Source of the DNA: Macrostomum lignano
Taxonomy: Eukaryota
DNA: 64,000 nucleotides
Assembly (NCBI GenBank): GCA_002269645.1
Contig: NIVC01000788.1
Location: forward strand, 1 to 64,000
Direction of reading: 5' to 3'
Shown one piece after another: positions 48,561 to 60,600 of this stretch. Every line of letters starts with the position of its first letter. The stretch's first letter is position 1. The translations under genes and the position numbers were made by a program. The notes under the pieces are model-generated. The model was not told where the DNA came from. It ran no database searches and saw only the letters and a list, made by a program, of their open reading frames with translations.

Positions 48561-49554
48561 TTCCCTCTTAACCTCACTTCTCACCTCTCAACCACTCTCC
48601 CTCTCTTACCTTGCATCTTTTCTCTCCTACTCTCCCTTCAATCTCCCTCCCTCCCTCTCCCGCTCCCCTCTTTGCAGCAATTCAATTTTAATTTAACCTA
48701 CATTCCAACCAGTTTTAACTATCTGTTTTTGTAACAACCTTAATGTTTTAGCAGCAGGAAGTATCCAGCAGTCTACAGCCATCACTCACTGTTGATCCGG
48801 ACTCTGCCCATCCCCCAGACAGCCAGCTCCCATTGCCGCCCCATCCTTTCCAGTAATTAATTTCCCATTTAATTTGTTGATTGCGTCGGTTGGCATATCT
48901 GGAACTGCAGCTCCAGTCAACGACTTTCATTTTCACCAATTTGATTGTTTGCCTTGCTAGCTTCTCGAATATGAATATATAAAATATGTTTTGCAATTCC
49001 ACCACAGCCCGCCAGTTTAGAATCCAAATGAATGCAGCAGTGAATCTTCATCACTCTGGCATCCTTCTTGCCTGCATCTTCACACCGGTCGACTGACCCT
49101 CTCTCGGCTTCGAGGTATGGGATATAAAATTAATTTTCTATTTACCTGCCCGTCTTCCTGTAGGGTCTGGGGCGCTGCTTCAAAAATACTTTTAGGCCAC
49201 TGAGCGACCTGCCTCAGCATCTCCGCTCTGTCTCTCTGCATCATCTGCCCGCCAGCTGCGATGCAGTTATCCAAACAGGACCCCGGTGCCGACAGCGGTT
49301 CAACAATCGTGATGCCGAACCGTCCCGCCTCCTGTAATACCCTCCGCAAGGTTTGCTGTGTAGAACTGTATAATATATTCAGACCTATCGCTCCTAACCC
49401 AAGGATTTTTGACAATTGATCATAGCCAGTTTATTGTCCTTAGTCACTGCTTGCTAATCAACATCGTTCTAATTGGGCCTTTACGTACTTATGCGAATTA
49501 ACATTAAGCCTTTGCGCAAGATTGATTCACGCATTACATGACTCACACATTCCC

Positions 49555-51345
49555 TGATTCACGCTTTCCTTGATTCACCCATTCCCTGATTCACTCATTC
49601 CCTGATGCACCCATTCCCTGATTCACGCTTTCCTTGATTCACCCATTCCCTGATTCACTCATTCCCTGATGCACCCATTCCCTGATTCACGCTTTCCTTG
49701 ATTCACCCATTCCCTGATTCACTCATTCCCTGATGCACCCATTCCCTGATTCACTCATTCCCTGATGCACCCATTCCCTGATTCACTCATTCCCTGATGC
49801 ACCCATTCCCTGATTCACGCTTTCCTTGATTCACCCATTCCCTGATTCACTCATTCCATGATGCACCCATTCCCTGATTCACGCTTTCCTTGATTCACCC
49901 ATTCCCTGATTCACTCATTCCATGATGCACCCACTCCCTGATTCACGCTTTCCTTGATTCACCCATTCCCTGATTCACTCATTCCCTGATGCACCCATTC
50001 CCTGATTCACTCATTCCCTGATGCACCCATTCCCTGATTCACGCTTTCCTTGATTCACCCATTCCCTGATTCGCTCATTCCCTGATGCACCCATTCCCTG
50101 ATTCACTCATTCCCTGATGCACCCATTCCCTGATTCACGCTTTCCTTGATTCACCCATTCCCTGATTCACTCATTCCCTGATGCACCCATTCCCTGATTC
50201 ACGCTTTCCTTGATTCACCCATTCCCTGATTCACTCATTCCCTGATGCACCCATTCCCTGATTCACGCTTTCGTTGATTCACCCATTCCCTGATTCACTT
50301 ATTCCCTGATGCACCCATTCCCTGATTCACTCATTCCCTGATGCACCCATTCCCTGATTCACTCATTCCCTGATGCACCCATTCCCTGATTCACTCATTC
50401 CCTGATGCACCCATTCCCTGATTCGCTCATTCCCTGATGCACCCATTCCCTGATTCACTCATTCCCTGATGCACCCATTCCCTGATTCACGCTTTCCTTG
50501 ATTCACCCATTCCCTGATTCACTCATTCCCTGATGCACCCATTCCCTGATTCACGCTTTCCTTGATTCACCCATTCCCTGATTCACTCATTCCCTGATGC
50601 ACCCATTCCCTGATTCACCCATTCCCTGATTCACTCATTCCCTGATGCACCCATTCCCTGATTCACGCTTTCCTTGATTCACCCATTCCCTGATTCACTC
50701 ATTCCCTGATGCACCCATTCCCTGATTCACTCATTCCCTGATGCACCCATTCCCTGATTCACTCATTCCCTGATGCACCCATTCCCTGATTCACTCATTC
50801 CCTGATGCACCCATTCCCTGATTCGCTCATTCCCTGATGCACCCATTCCCTGATTCACTCATTCCCTGATGCACCCATTCCCTGATTCACGCTTTCCTTG
50901 ATTCACCCATTCCCTGATTCACTCATTCCCTGATGCACCCATTCCCTGATTCACGCTTTCCTTGATTCACCCATTCCCTGATTCACTCATTCCCTGATGC
51001 ACCCATTCCCTGATTCACCCATTCCCTGATTCACTCATTCCCTGATGCACCCATTCCCTGATTCACGCTTTCCTTGATTCACCCATTCCCTGATTCACTC
51101 ATTCCCTGATGCACCCATTCCCTGATTCACTCATTCCCTGATGCACCCATTCCCTGATTCACTCATTCCCTGATGCACCCATTCCCTGATTCACGCTTTC
51201 CTTGATTCACCCATTCCCTGATTCACTCATTCCCTGATGCACCCATTCCCTGATTCACTCATTCCCTGATGCACCCATTCCCTGATTCACGCTTTCCTTG
51301 ATTCACCCATTCCCTGATTCGCTCATTCCCTGATTCACTCATTCT
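49555..51345. repeat. 16-bp-monomer satellite with higher-order patterning (~110 monomers)
   Basis: Variants ATTCCCTGATTCACGC, TTTCCTTGATTCACCC, ATTCCCTGATTCACTC and ATTCCCTGATGCACCC recur as 64-bp and 32-bp blocks. Confidence 0.95.
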
Positions 51346-51756
51346 CTTTGATTTAAACTCACTGATTCACTATCCTCGATATTTGCCCATACTCCAAAGC
51401 AATACTTTCACGGTGGCAACAGTAGCTAGTCACCGAAATAACTTACCTGATCGGAGAATTTCAGTGAGAGAGTCTGATGGTTTAAAAAAAACAAATTTCG
51501 AATTTGCAAGCCGGTACTTTTAAAACCAATCTACTTTTCGCGGCTCCACTCAGACTGGCAAAGCTGGGAACGCAGCTGCAGGAACGATCGAGTACTTGCC
51601 CCAGCAGCAGCATTTCTAACAGCGGGCCTGTGGCAGGGGCGGCGACTCTTCACTACACGCTATTGGCTGGGCTGCGGAGAGGCGATGCTAGGCAAAACTC
51701 GCTCAGTGTTCTATTCGCCATTTGTTTTTTTACGAGTAACTCTTTAGTCTAGATCA

Positions 51757-52670
51757 GGGGTCGGCAAACCCCGGCCCGCGAAGCCTCTTTATCCGGCCCT
51801 CGGGTCCTTTGGAACTTCACTATAGCAATCCGGCTCGCTCAAGTTTTGTGTCTCTTCTCTTCTCTCTCTTCTCTCTCTTCTCTCTCTTCTCTCTCCTCTT
51901 CTCTCTACTCGTCTCTCCTCTTCTCTCTCCTCTTCTCTCTACTCGTCTCTCCTCTTCTCTCTCCTCTTCTCTCTACTCGTCTCTCCTCTTCTCTCTCCTC
52001 TACTCTCTACTCGTCTCTCCTCTTCTCTTTCCTCTTCTCTCTACTTGTCTCTCCTCTTCTCTCTCCTCTACTCTCTATTCGTCTCTCCTCTCCTCTTCTC
52101 TCTCCTCTCCTCTCTACTCTATCCTCTTCTCTCTTCTCTCCTCTCTCCTCTCTTCTCTTTCCTCTCTACTCTCTCTCCTCTCTCCTCTCTTCTCTTCTCT
52201 CTCTTCTCTCTCTTCTCTCTCTTCTCTCTCCTCTTCTCTCTACTCGTCTCTCCTCTTCTCTCTCCTCTTCTCTCTACTCGTCTCTCCTCTTCTCTCTCCT
52301 CTTCTCTCTACTCGTCTCTCCTCTTCTCTCTCCTCTCCTCTCTATTCGTCTCTCTTCTCTCTCCTCTCCTCTCTACTCTATCCTCTTCTCTCTCCTCTCC
52401 TCTCTACTCTCTTCTCTCCTCTCTCCTCTCTACTCTCCTCTCTCTCCTCTCTTCTCTCCTCATCTTCTTTCTTATCTGTTCTCTTCTCTCTTCTCTCTCC
52501 TCTCCTCTCTGCCCTCTCCTCTCTCCTTTCTACTCTCTTCTCTCCTCTCTCCTCTTTTCTCTCTTTTCTCAATTGTCTCCTTTTTTTTCTCTCCTCCTCT
52601 TCTCCGCTTTATCCGCTCTTTCCTCATCTCTCCCATCTTCTCTCTTCTCTCTTCACTTCCCTCTTCGTTT
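51757..52670. repeat. hAT-like terminus followed by a long CT-rich low-complexity tract
   Basis: CAGGGGTCGGCAAACCCCGGCCCGCG at 51757; CTCTTCTCTCT(A)CTCGTCTCTC repeats from ~51850. Confidence 0.8.
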
Positions 52671-53024
52671 TCTCTCCATATTCCCTCTGTTTCAAAAAAC
52701 TTGCTGAACCCAAATCTAGAACATTTCTCTGGGTTTCTGTGCCATAACAGCACCGCCTCACGGCTCCTCCCGTCGCCAATCCTTGAGCAATCTTCAAGTG
52801 GCTTCTTGGACAACAATAGCAAAAGAAACACAACACTCTGCAAGCTAGCGTTTTGTCCAAAGTGATTTTTTTCATTCTTGCGCTCAACAGGGTTTAAATG
52901 TCGATCAAAGCGAAATCTGGTCTAGAAAATCTGTTTTAAAAACAGCAGAACTTGCGCCGGAACTTTGTTTGCTGGCCGATCTTCGGTAAAGCATTTTTTA
53001 AACTCTAAACCATTTAGCTAGTAC

Positions 53025-53390
53025 GGGGCGCCGTAGCCCAGCGGTAGCGCAGCTGCTCTGGTATGCCAGCGGTCCAGGCTCGATTCCAAGTGCAGTCACA
53101 TTAATTTGGGGCTGAATTGGAATCTCAGCTTGGCTCTGCTCGTGCAATTAACAGTCTTGAGAGCCAAACCCCCAAGGCACAGTGAAGTGTACACGCCTAA
53201 CGATAATATAAAGTTAGGGCCGCTGTACACTCCTGTGTGAGTGGTGCCAGCGTACGTATCCGCGCGCTTGTATGCCTGCTCAGGGGAGTCGGCGGAATGG
53301 GCAGCAATGCCTCTCGCCGGTTGTGTGCCTATGTCGCTTAAAGTGCGCCAGGGTGCACACAGCCCCTGCCTCTAATAAAATAAAATAAAA
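53025..53390 (+). mobile_element. Full-length tRNA-derived SINE (copy 4) with 13-bp target-site duplication
   Basis: TSD ATTTAGCTAGTAC at 53012-53024 and 53391-53403; A box TAGCCCAGCGG, B box GGCTCGATTCC; (TAAAA)n tail. Confidence 0.92.
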
Positions 53391-53944
53391 ATTTAGCTAG
53401 TACTGAAGCAGGCAGGTGTGCAGCGGACATGACCCTTGGCTTAGAGTACAAAATGTAAAACGATCAGTTCCGACTGCGGCTCGAGTCAAACGCAGCGGAG
53501 GGGGCGGGGGGTAAAACGAGTTGGCCAAGTCAAGTGCCAGAGGGGAAGAACTTTGCTGATAACGACTTTCTGTCGGATTAAGGTTGTCCGGCTGGCTCTG
53601 TAGCGAACCCAGAGAAGCGAGAGCAGGCAAACCAGCTGAGGTGCACGGCAAGGAGCCTTCGTATTTACAATACCTATCTGGGGAGCTTGGACTGCGCTTA
53701 AAAATTAGTCTGCCCAGGCCAACTCTTTGTTGAAAGCTTCATCTGCTGCGTCTATATTGTGTCTGTCTTTGCCTAAGTTCTGCACTTTAGAGCCAGAATA
53801 GAATAATAAATCAAACAGGCGCGCTGACGAAGTGGAAATCAAATTAGCGAGCACATGATAGTACAGTACAGGTTCAAACACTGGCTGGCTTATAATGATT
53901 GTCAAGGGATGCAAGACTTTCAACTGCTGAGCATCTGACTGACG

Positions 53945-54162
53945 AGCCTAACCCTAAGCCTAACCCTAACTCTAACCCTAAGCCAAGCCTAGCCTAGCCC
54001 TAAGCCTAACCCTAGCCCTAAGCTTAAGTCTAAGCCTAACCCTAAACCTGAGCCCAACCCTAACCCTAAGCTTAAGTCTAAGCCTAATCCTAAGCCCAAG
54101 CCTAAGCTTAAGTCTAAGCCTAACCCTAAGCCCAAGCCTAAGCCTAAGCCTAACCCTAACCT
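53945..54162. repeat. Interstitial degenerate telomere-like hexamer tract
   Basis: CCTAAC/CCTAAG/CTTAAG hexamers (TTAGGG/TTAGGC on the minus strand), ~36 units. Confidence 0.85.
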
Positions 54163-55089
54163 GAATCGCCGGCAGTCAGAAGTCGGGAACCCCGGTTGCC
54201 ATGCAGGGCTTCCCCCAGCGAGACGCAGAGGAAAGAAAGCGAGGCACTATGAAATCACTATAGCTCTGAATGGGAGGCCGTGGGAAGCTGAGATGATGAA
54301 GAAGAGCGCTGAGAAGGCAAGCCTGACAGTGGCAGTGCCAACTGCCCCGTGTTTCGGCCGGAAATTGCCCGTTTGCTCTGGAATAAGCAGGGCCTGCAGA
54401 CTCCAAAGTAAGAAGTCCAACAGAGTACTCGCTTTCTTTCTTCTGCTCAGCCTCTCCCACACATTTGCGCCCTGCTGCTCTGGTCTCCCTCGGCAGCTGC
54501 AAAAGCGACACACACACCTTCGCTTCAACCAATTTCCTTCTAGATCCTGTAGCTGTTTCTTGCAGGGGAAAACCGGCTGTCTTTCGTTGCAGGTCTTGAG
54601 GGATTTTGACCAGGTGTCCGGCTTCCATTCGACCTCATCAAGCAGCCTCTTCTTGATTGGGAGGCGGCGCAACATTAATTTGCATCAGTTCCGCCTCGGA
54701 GCATCGCCAATCAACGCGACCCGGAAGGGGCGGTCTTGAGGGCTGGGGCTGAGGACCTGTCCTGACGTCCTGGCTTGCTCGCTGGAATTCGTACTTTTAG
54801 ACTCGCGCAGGTGCAGACTTAATTGCCATACTGACGGAATGACACTGCTAGGAGTTAATTTACTGCAGACAGATCCAGCCCACTCGGTAGATTGATGAGG
54901 CCGCAGGCTTGCAGCATCCATCATCAGCAGACGCAGCGTCACGTTATGTCTGTTGCACCTCGTCTTACTGTTCACAATTTTCCTATCGTGTCAGCTGTTT
55001 CTCTCTCTCTACTTTTCCTGTTTCATCACCGCCAACTGTCTTTTGCTCAGGAGAACTGCAGCTCCAATTATTCAGCAATATTCTTTCCA

Positions 55090-55750
55090 CTCTTCCCAAC
55101 CTCCTCCACTCTCCTCAACATCACCCACTCTCCTCAACATCACCCACTCCCCTCAATCTACCACTCTCCTCAACCCCACTCTCCCGAAGCTCCCACTCTC
55201 CTCAACCCCCACTCTCCTCAACCCCCACTCTCCTCAACCCCCACTCTCCTCAACCCCCACTCTCCTCAACCCCCACTCTCCTCAATCTACCACTCTCCTC
55301 AACCCACACTCTCCTCAACCCCCACTCTCCTCAATCTACCACTCTCCTCAACCCCCACTCTCCTCAACCCCCACTCTCCTCAATCTACCACTCTCCTCAA
55401 CCCACACTCTCCTCAACCCCCACTCTCCTCAATCTACCACTCTCCTCAACCCACACTCTCCTCAACCCCCACTCTCCTCAATCTACCACTCTCCTCAACC
55501 CACACTCTCCTCAACCCCACTCTCCTCAATCTACCACTCTCCTCAACCCCCACTCTCCTCAATCTACCACTCTCCTCAATCTACCACTCTCCTCAACCCC
55601 CACTCTCCTCAACCCCCACTCTCCTCAATCTACCACTCTCCTCAACCCCACTCTCCTCAATCTACCACTCTCCTCAACCCCCACTCTCCTGAATCTACCA
55701 CTCTCCTCAACCCACACTCTCCCCAAGCTTCCACTCTCCTCAATCCCCCT
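55090..55750. repeat. 16-17-bp minisatellite
   Basis: CCACTCTCCTCAATCTA / CCACTCTCCTCAACCCC units. Confidence 0.92.
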
Positions 55751-55834
55751 CACTCCTTAATCCCCCATTTCTCCTCGACCTGAGACTGAAAATACTCCTA
55801 CAACAGTCAGTTGTCGGTGGTCTACTGATTGAAC

Positions 55835-56701
55835 NNNNNNNNNNNNNNNNNNNNNNNNNNNNNNNNNNNNNNNNNNNNNNNNNNNNNNNNNNNNNNNNNN
55901 NNNNNNNNNNNNNNNNNNNNNNNNNNNNNNNNNNNNNNNNNNNNNNNNNNNNNNNNNNNNNNNNNNNNNNNNNNNNNNNNNNNNNNNNNNNNNNNNNNNN
56001 NNNNNNNNNNNNNNNNNNNNNNNNNNNNNNNNNNNNNNNNNNNNNNNNNNNNNNNNNNNNNNNNNNNNNNNNNNNNNNNNNNNNNNNNNNNNNNNNNNNN
56101 NNNNNNNNNNNNNNNNNNNNNNNNNNNNNNNNNNNNNNNNNNNNNNNNNNNNNNNNNNNNNNNNNNNNNNNNNNNNNNNNNNNNNNNNNNNNNNNNNNNN
56201 NNNNNNNNNNNNNNNNNNNNNNNNNNNNNNNNNNNNNNNNNNNNNNNNNNNNNNNNNNNNNNNNNNNNNNNNNNNNNNNNNNNNNNNNNNNNNNNNNNNN
56301 NNNNNNNNNNNNNNNNNNNNNNNNNNNNNNNNNNNNNNNNNNNNNNNNNNNNNNNNNNNNNNNNNNNNNNNNNNNNNNNNNNNNNNNNNNNNNNNNNNNN
56401 NNNNNNNNNNNNNNNNNNNNNNNNNNNNNNNNNNNNNNNNNNNNNNNNNNNNNNNNNNNNNNNNNNNNNNNNNNNNNNNNNNNNNNNNNNNNNNNNNNNN
56501 NNNNNNNNNNNNNNNNNNNNNNNNNNNNNNNNNNNNNNNNNNNNNNNNNNNNNNNNNNNNNNNNNNNNNNNNNNNNNNNNNNNNNNNNNNNNNNNNNNNN
56601 NNNNNNNNNNNNNNNNNNNNNNNNNNNNNNNNNNNNNNNNNNNNNNNNNNNNNNNNNNNNNNNNNNNNNNNNNNNNNNNNNNNNNNNNNNNNNNNNNNNN
56701 N
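55835..56701. other. Assembly gap (867 N)
   Basis: Run of N. Confidence 1.
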
Positions 56702-57615
56702 AAGAGGGGGTGAGAGGGAAGAGGGAGTGAGAGGGAAGAGGGTGGAGAAGGGAAGAGGGAAACTGAGGTGAGAGGGAAGAGGGGAAGTGGGGTGAGAGGG
56801 AAGAGGGGAAGTGGGGGTGAAGAGGAGAGAGGGGAAGTGGGGGTGAGAGGGAAGAGGGGAACTGAGGGTGAGAGGGAAGAGGGAAGTGGGGTGAGAGGAA
56901 GAGGGGAAGTGGGGGTGAGAGGGAAGAGGGGAACTGAGGGTGAGAGGGAAGAGGGAAGTGGGGGTGAGAGGGAAGAGGGGAAGTGGGGGTGAGAGGGAAA
57001 GGGGAACTGAGGGTGAGAGGGAAGAGGGGAAGTGGGGGTGAGAGGGAAGAGGGGAACTGAGGGTGAGAGGGAAGAGGGGAAGTGGGGGTGAGAGGGAAGA
57101 GGGGAACTGAGGCTGAGAGGGAAGAGGGGAAGTGGGGTGAGAGGAAGAGGGGAATGAGGCTGAGAGGAAGAGGGGAAGTGGGGTGAGAGGGAAGAGGGAA
57201 GTGGGGGTGAGAGGGAAGAGGGGAAGTGGGGTGAGAGGGAAGAGGGGAAGTGGGGGTGAGAGGGAAGAGGGGAATGAGGGTGAGAGGGAAGAGGGGAAGT
57301 GGGGTGAGAGGGAGAGGGAACTGAGGGTGAGAGGGAAGAGGGGAACTGTGGGTGAGAGGGAAGAGGGAAGTGGGGTGAGAGGGAAAGTAATAGGCGCAGT
57401 CCATTGTTTTCTTAAATTAGTTAGTGATTCATCTTACAGCTTCAACTTATTTTTAATTACCCTGCCAAATGAAGGAGTCGCCGTGGTGGAATGAGCCGAC
57501 CTACCGAGCTTATTCAGCTTTCTTGAGTTTCTCACGATTCACAACAGTGCGCCCAGAGCTCTCCGATATTGCGGGGCCTCACGTGTGGGTACCTGCCTGC
57601 CCTGGGCTGCTCACT

Positions 57616-57671
<56 letters not shown>

Positions 57672-60600
57672 TGCCGGCTAACTTATCCAGCTTAACACCT
57701 TGGATTGATTTCTTTTACCCGCATACGCCTGTGTCGATCAATTACGAGCGCGTGCGAGTAAGGCAGTTTAGAAATTGGAAAGACTTGGGGCCAAAGATTG
57801 CTTGACTTCTCACCCAGTGACCGGCTGGGTTTTTTAGATGGGAAAATTTGGACTCTAGCTTCTTGAAAAGGGGACAATAGGTCCTCTGGGAAGGCTGAAT
57901 GAGGGTGGAAGCAGTCTGGATAATGTCTACTGGTTGCTATGCTGCACGGCAACTGAGGTTCTACCGTATAGATACGGAATAATGGATCGCCTCTATTCGC
58001 CTTGCAGATCGAGACAAATCCGATTAAGAATGGGCGCATCAGTGAGCCTCGGAGACCTGGAGGGGACTGCTCCAACCTGTCAGCTGCCGCTCCATCCCAA
58101 TACACCGGTCTGGTCCGTTTCCAAGCGTGGTACGCCCCCGTCCATGGCTACCTCTGCGTTCTGCTCTGCGTCTTCGGAGTCGTGGCCAACCTGGCTAACA
58201 TTGTCGTGCTCACCAGGAAGAGCATGGCCTCGTCAGTCAATACCATCCTGATTGCTGTGGCTGTGGCTGACCTGCTAACCATGCTGCTTTATTTCTTCCA
58301 GGTGAGTGTATGTCCCTTCTGCTCATCATTCTGCTATTTTTCATCCAGAGAGTGCACGACTCTGTGTCCTTTCTTTTCATAATTCTGCTTTACTTCGTCC
58401 AGAGAGTGCGTGACTGTCCTTCTCATCATTCTGCTTTGCTTCGTCTAGAGCCTGCGTGACTGTGTCCCTTCTGCTCATCATTCTGCTTTGCTTCGTCTAG
58501 AGCCTGCGTGACTGTCCTTCTGCTCATCATTCTGCTTTGCTTCGTCTAGAGCCTGCGTGACTGTGTCCCTTCTGCTCACCATGCTGCTTTACTTCGTCCA
58601 TGTCTTTTCCGTCTCATGATCTTGCTTTTTTATTGCCTTTAAAAGAAAGCCGGAACAAATTGACAGGGTGTTTCACTTTGCCTACGACAGGTTCTGCACT
58701 TCATCATCCTGTCGCCGCAGGACGCTCTGAAGCAGCCTCACACCCACGTTTACCCGTGGATTGTGTACTCTCTGTTCACCATCAGCCTGGTGCTGGTGCT
58801 GCACACCGTGGCCTGCTGGCTGACGGTGGCCCTGGCCGTGTTTCGCTATCTGTACATCGCGTTGCCGAGCCGCGGTGCCCAGCTGGCCAGTAAGCGCAAC
58901 GCCTACATCAGCATCGCCGCCACCTACGGATTGTTCTGCCTGACCAACGTGCCCAACTATCTGATGAACTCGGTCAGGGCTTGCCAGAGCTTTGTCACTA
59001 ATCGCACGGTGTACTTTGTAGCAACTCCAGATGGCTTTAGCGAGCTGCTGATGCGCTCCAACTACTGGACCATCGCCATCCTGTACAAGATCGTGCCCTG
59101 CCTGCTGCTCTCCGTGATGACCATCCTTCTCATCGTGGAGATGTCCAAGGCAGCCAGGCGGCGCAAGAAGCTGCTAAACAGTGGCAAATCGTCCAAGCGG
59201 GAGCAGAAGAAGGACAGCAGAGAGCAGCGAACAACAATGATGCTGTTGGCTATAGTGATTATCTTCATAATTACAGAGCTGCCGCAAGGCATCATGTCGC
59301 TGCTGTGCTTCGTCAGGACCAATTTAGCAGCAATGTGTACGCGCCAATGGGCGACCTGCTGGACCTGCTCTCTCTGATTAACAACAGCGTGAATTTCGTG
59401 CTTTACACTACCATGTCTAAGCAGTTCCGCGACACCTTCTCGGACATCTTTCTGTCCTGGCTGCCAAGGAGAGAGGCCGGGAACGCGCCGCGGCGGAGGT
59501 TGCTGACAGAGACGGCGTTAACCAAGGCGCCGAGGCTCAGGAGCTCAACAGGCGTGGCGGTGAAGAGATCAGCTAGCAAGTGGGTTGAAGCGGAGATGCA
59601 AAAATGAAGATAGTAGACAACCGTAGCACAACAGATTTGACCACTGACCAACCAAGGACGCTTGCTTAGAAGTCTTTGATAGCACATTTTTATTCTGCAT
59701 GCTTGCACACCTCTATCGACTTTGAACTTCCCTCTTTCCCAAAAGCTTCTTAAGCTAGAACGCGCTTCTATACACTCAAGCCAGATCGTTTAGCGCAGTG
59801 GTGATGACACACTGTATGAATCCAGTGATCTCTTAAAAACATTGTACCATGACCTTTTTGTACCATGCCCGCAATGTCTTTAACCGCCCGAAATGTTCTT
59901 TTGACCATAGGCACTGTTGTTCCTATTTCTTGCTTTCTAGGCTGCTTGACTCTTCGCCCATACTCTCGCCCTTGCTATGAAAGTGTAGCTGGGACAAAAA
60001 TTTCTATAGTATAGTATCATTGATACCCATGCTTTAAAGGCACCCTGTATACCTTTTCGCAATTCGAATTCGGCCAAACTGCGAAACTTCTCGTCCACTA
60101 ATGCTGTATTTATGGTAGCTAAATTCAGATCATGCCACAGACAGCTGCTACAGTTTGAAAAACAGTTTGTCCCAACCAGAATTGATTCAACTACAGAGCA
60201 ACTTTATTTGATAGAAGAAAACTTGTGAACGACAAAGTTAGAACGTCAACTCAGCTGAACGAATTCAATTTGCAAAAACGGAATATTACTTATGCGACCA
60301 AGCCATCGCCAGCACGATTCAATTTTAATAATTAACTTTTTTACCAACATAGTTTTTAAAGCGTCATTTGTTGAAAGCAACGGTTGAGCCCATCCCCTCT
60401 TGTTGCCGTGAGCGCTAAGAGGATTAGCCCAACTTAGCAATTCTTGTCGGATTAGCGACAGGTTTTCACGCAGGACGGATTCTGAAATTTAAGAGTAGAT
60501 TAACCAGCTGCTAAGACGACAGATAACAGTTTTGCTAATCCTTTATGAAAATCCCTAGGGAATCGCATGCTTTCTCTGAGTAACATGGTTGCAAAATCTG

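Larger units (their letters stand above)
48750..54975 (-). other. Unassigned exon-like segments, possibly a divergent or degenerate ionotropic glutamate receptor-like gene
   Basis: 54247-54675 LLDFLLWSLQALL...RP..AV...VRLAFSALFFIISAS (pore loop/M3-like); PIQSYSDF in the adjacent frame; splice-flanked 49365-49146 begins FYTANLA in one frame but is fully open in another. Order and frames do not form one clean model. Confidence 0.3.

Noticed and set aside
51809-52865. Leu/Ser-rich membrane-like ORFs (also 47893-48696, 54892-55783, 55740-57404)
   Set aside because: CT-rich low-complexity DNA, or ORFs read through the N gap.
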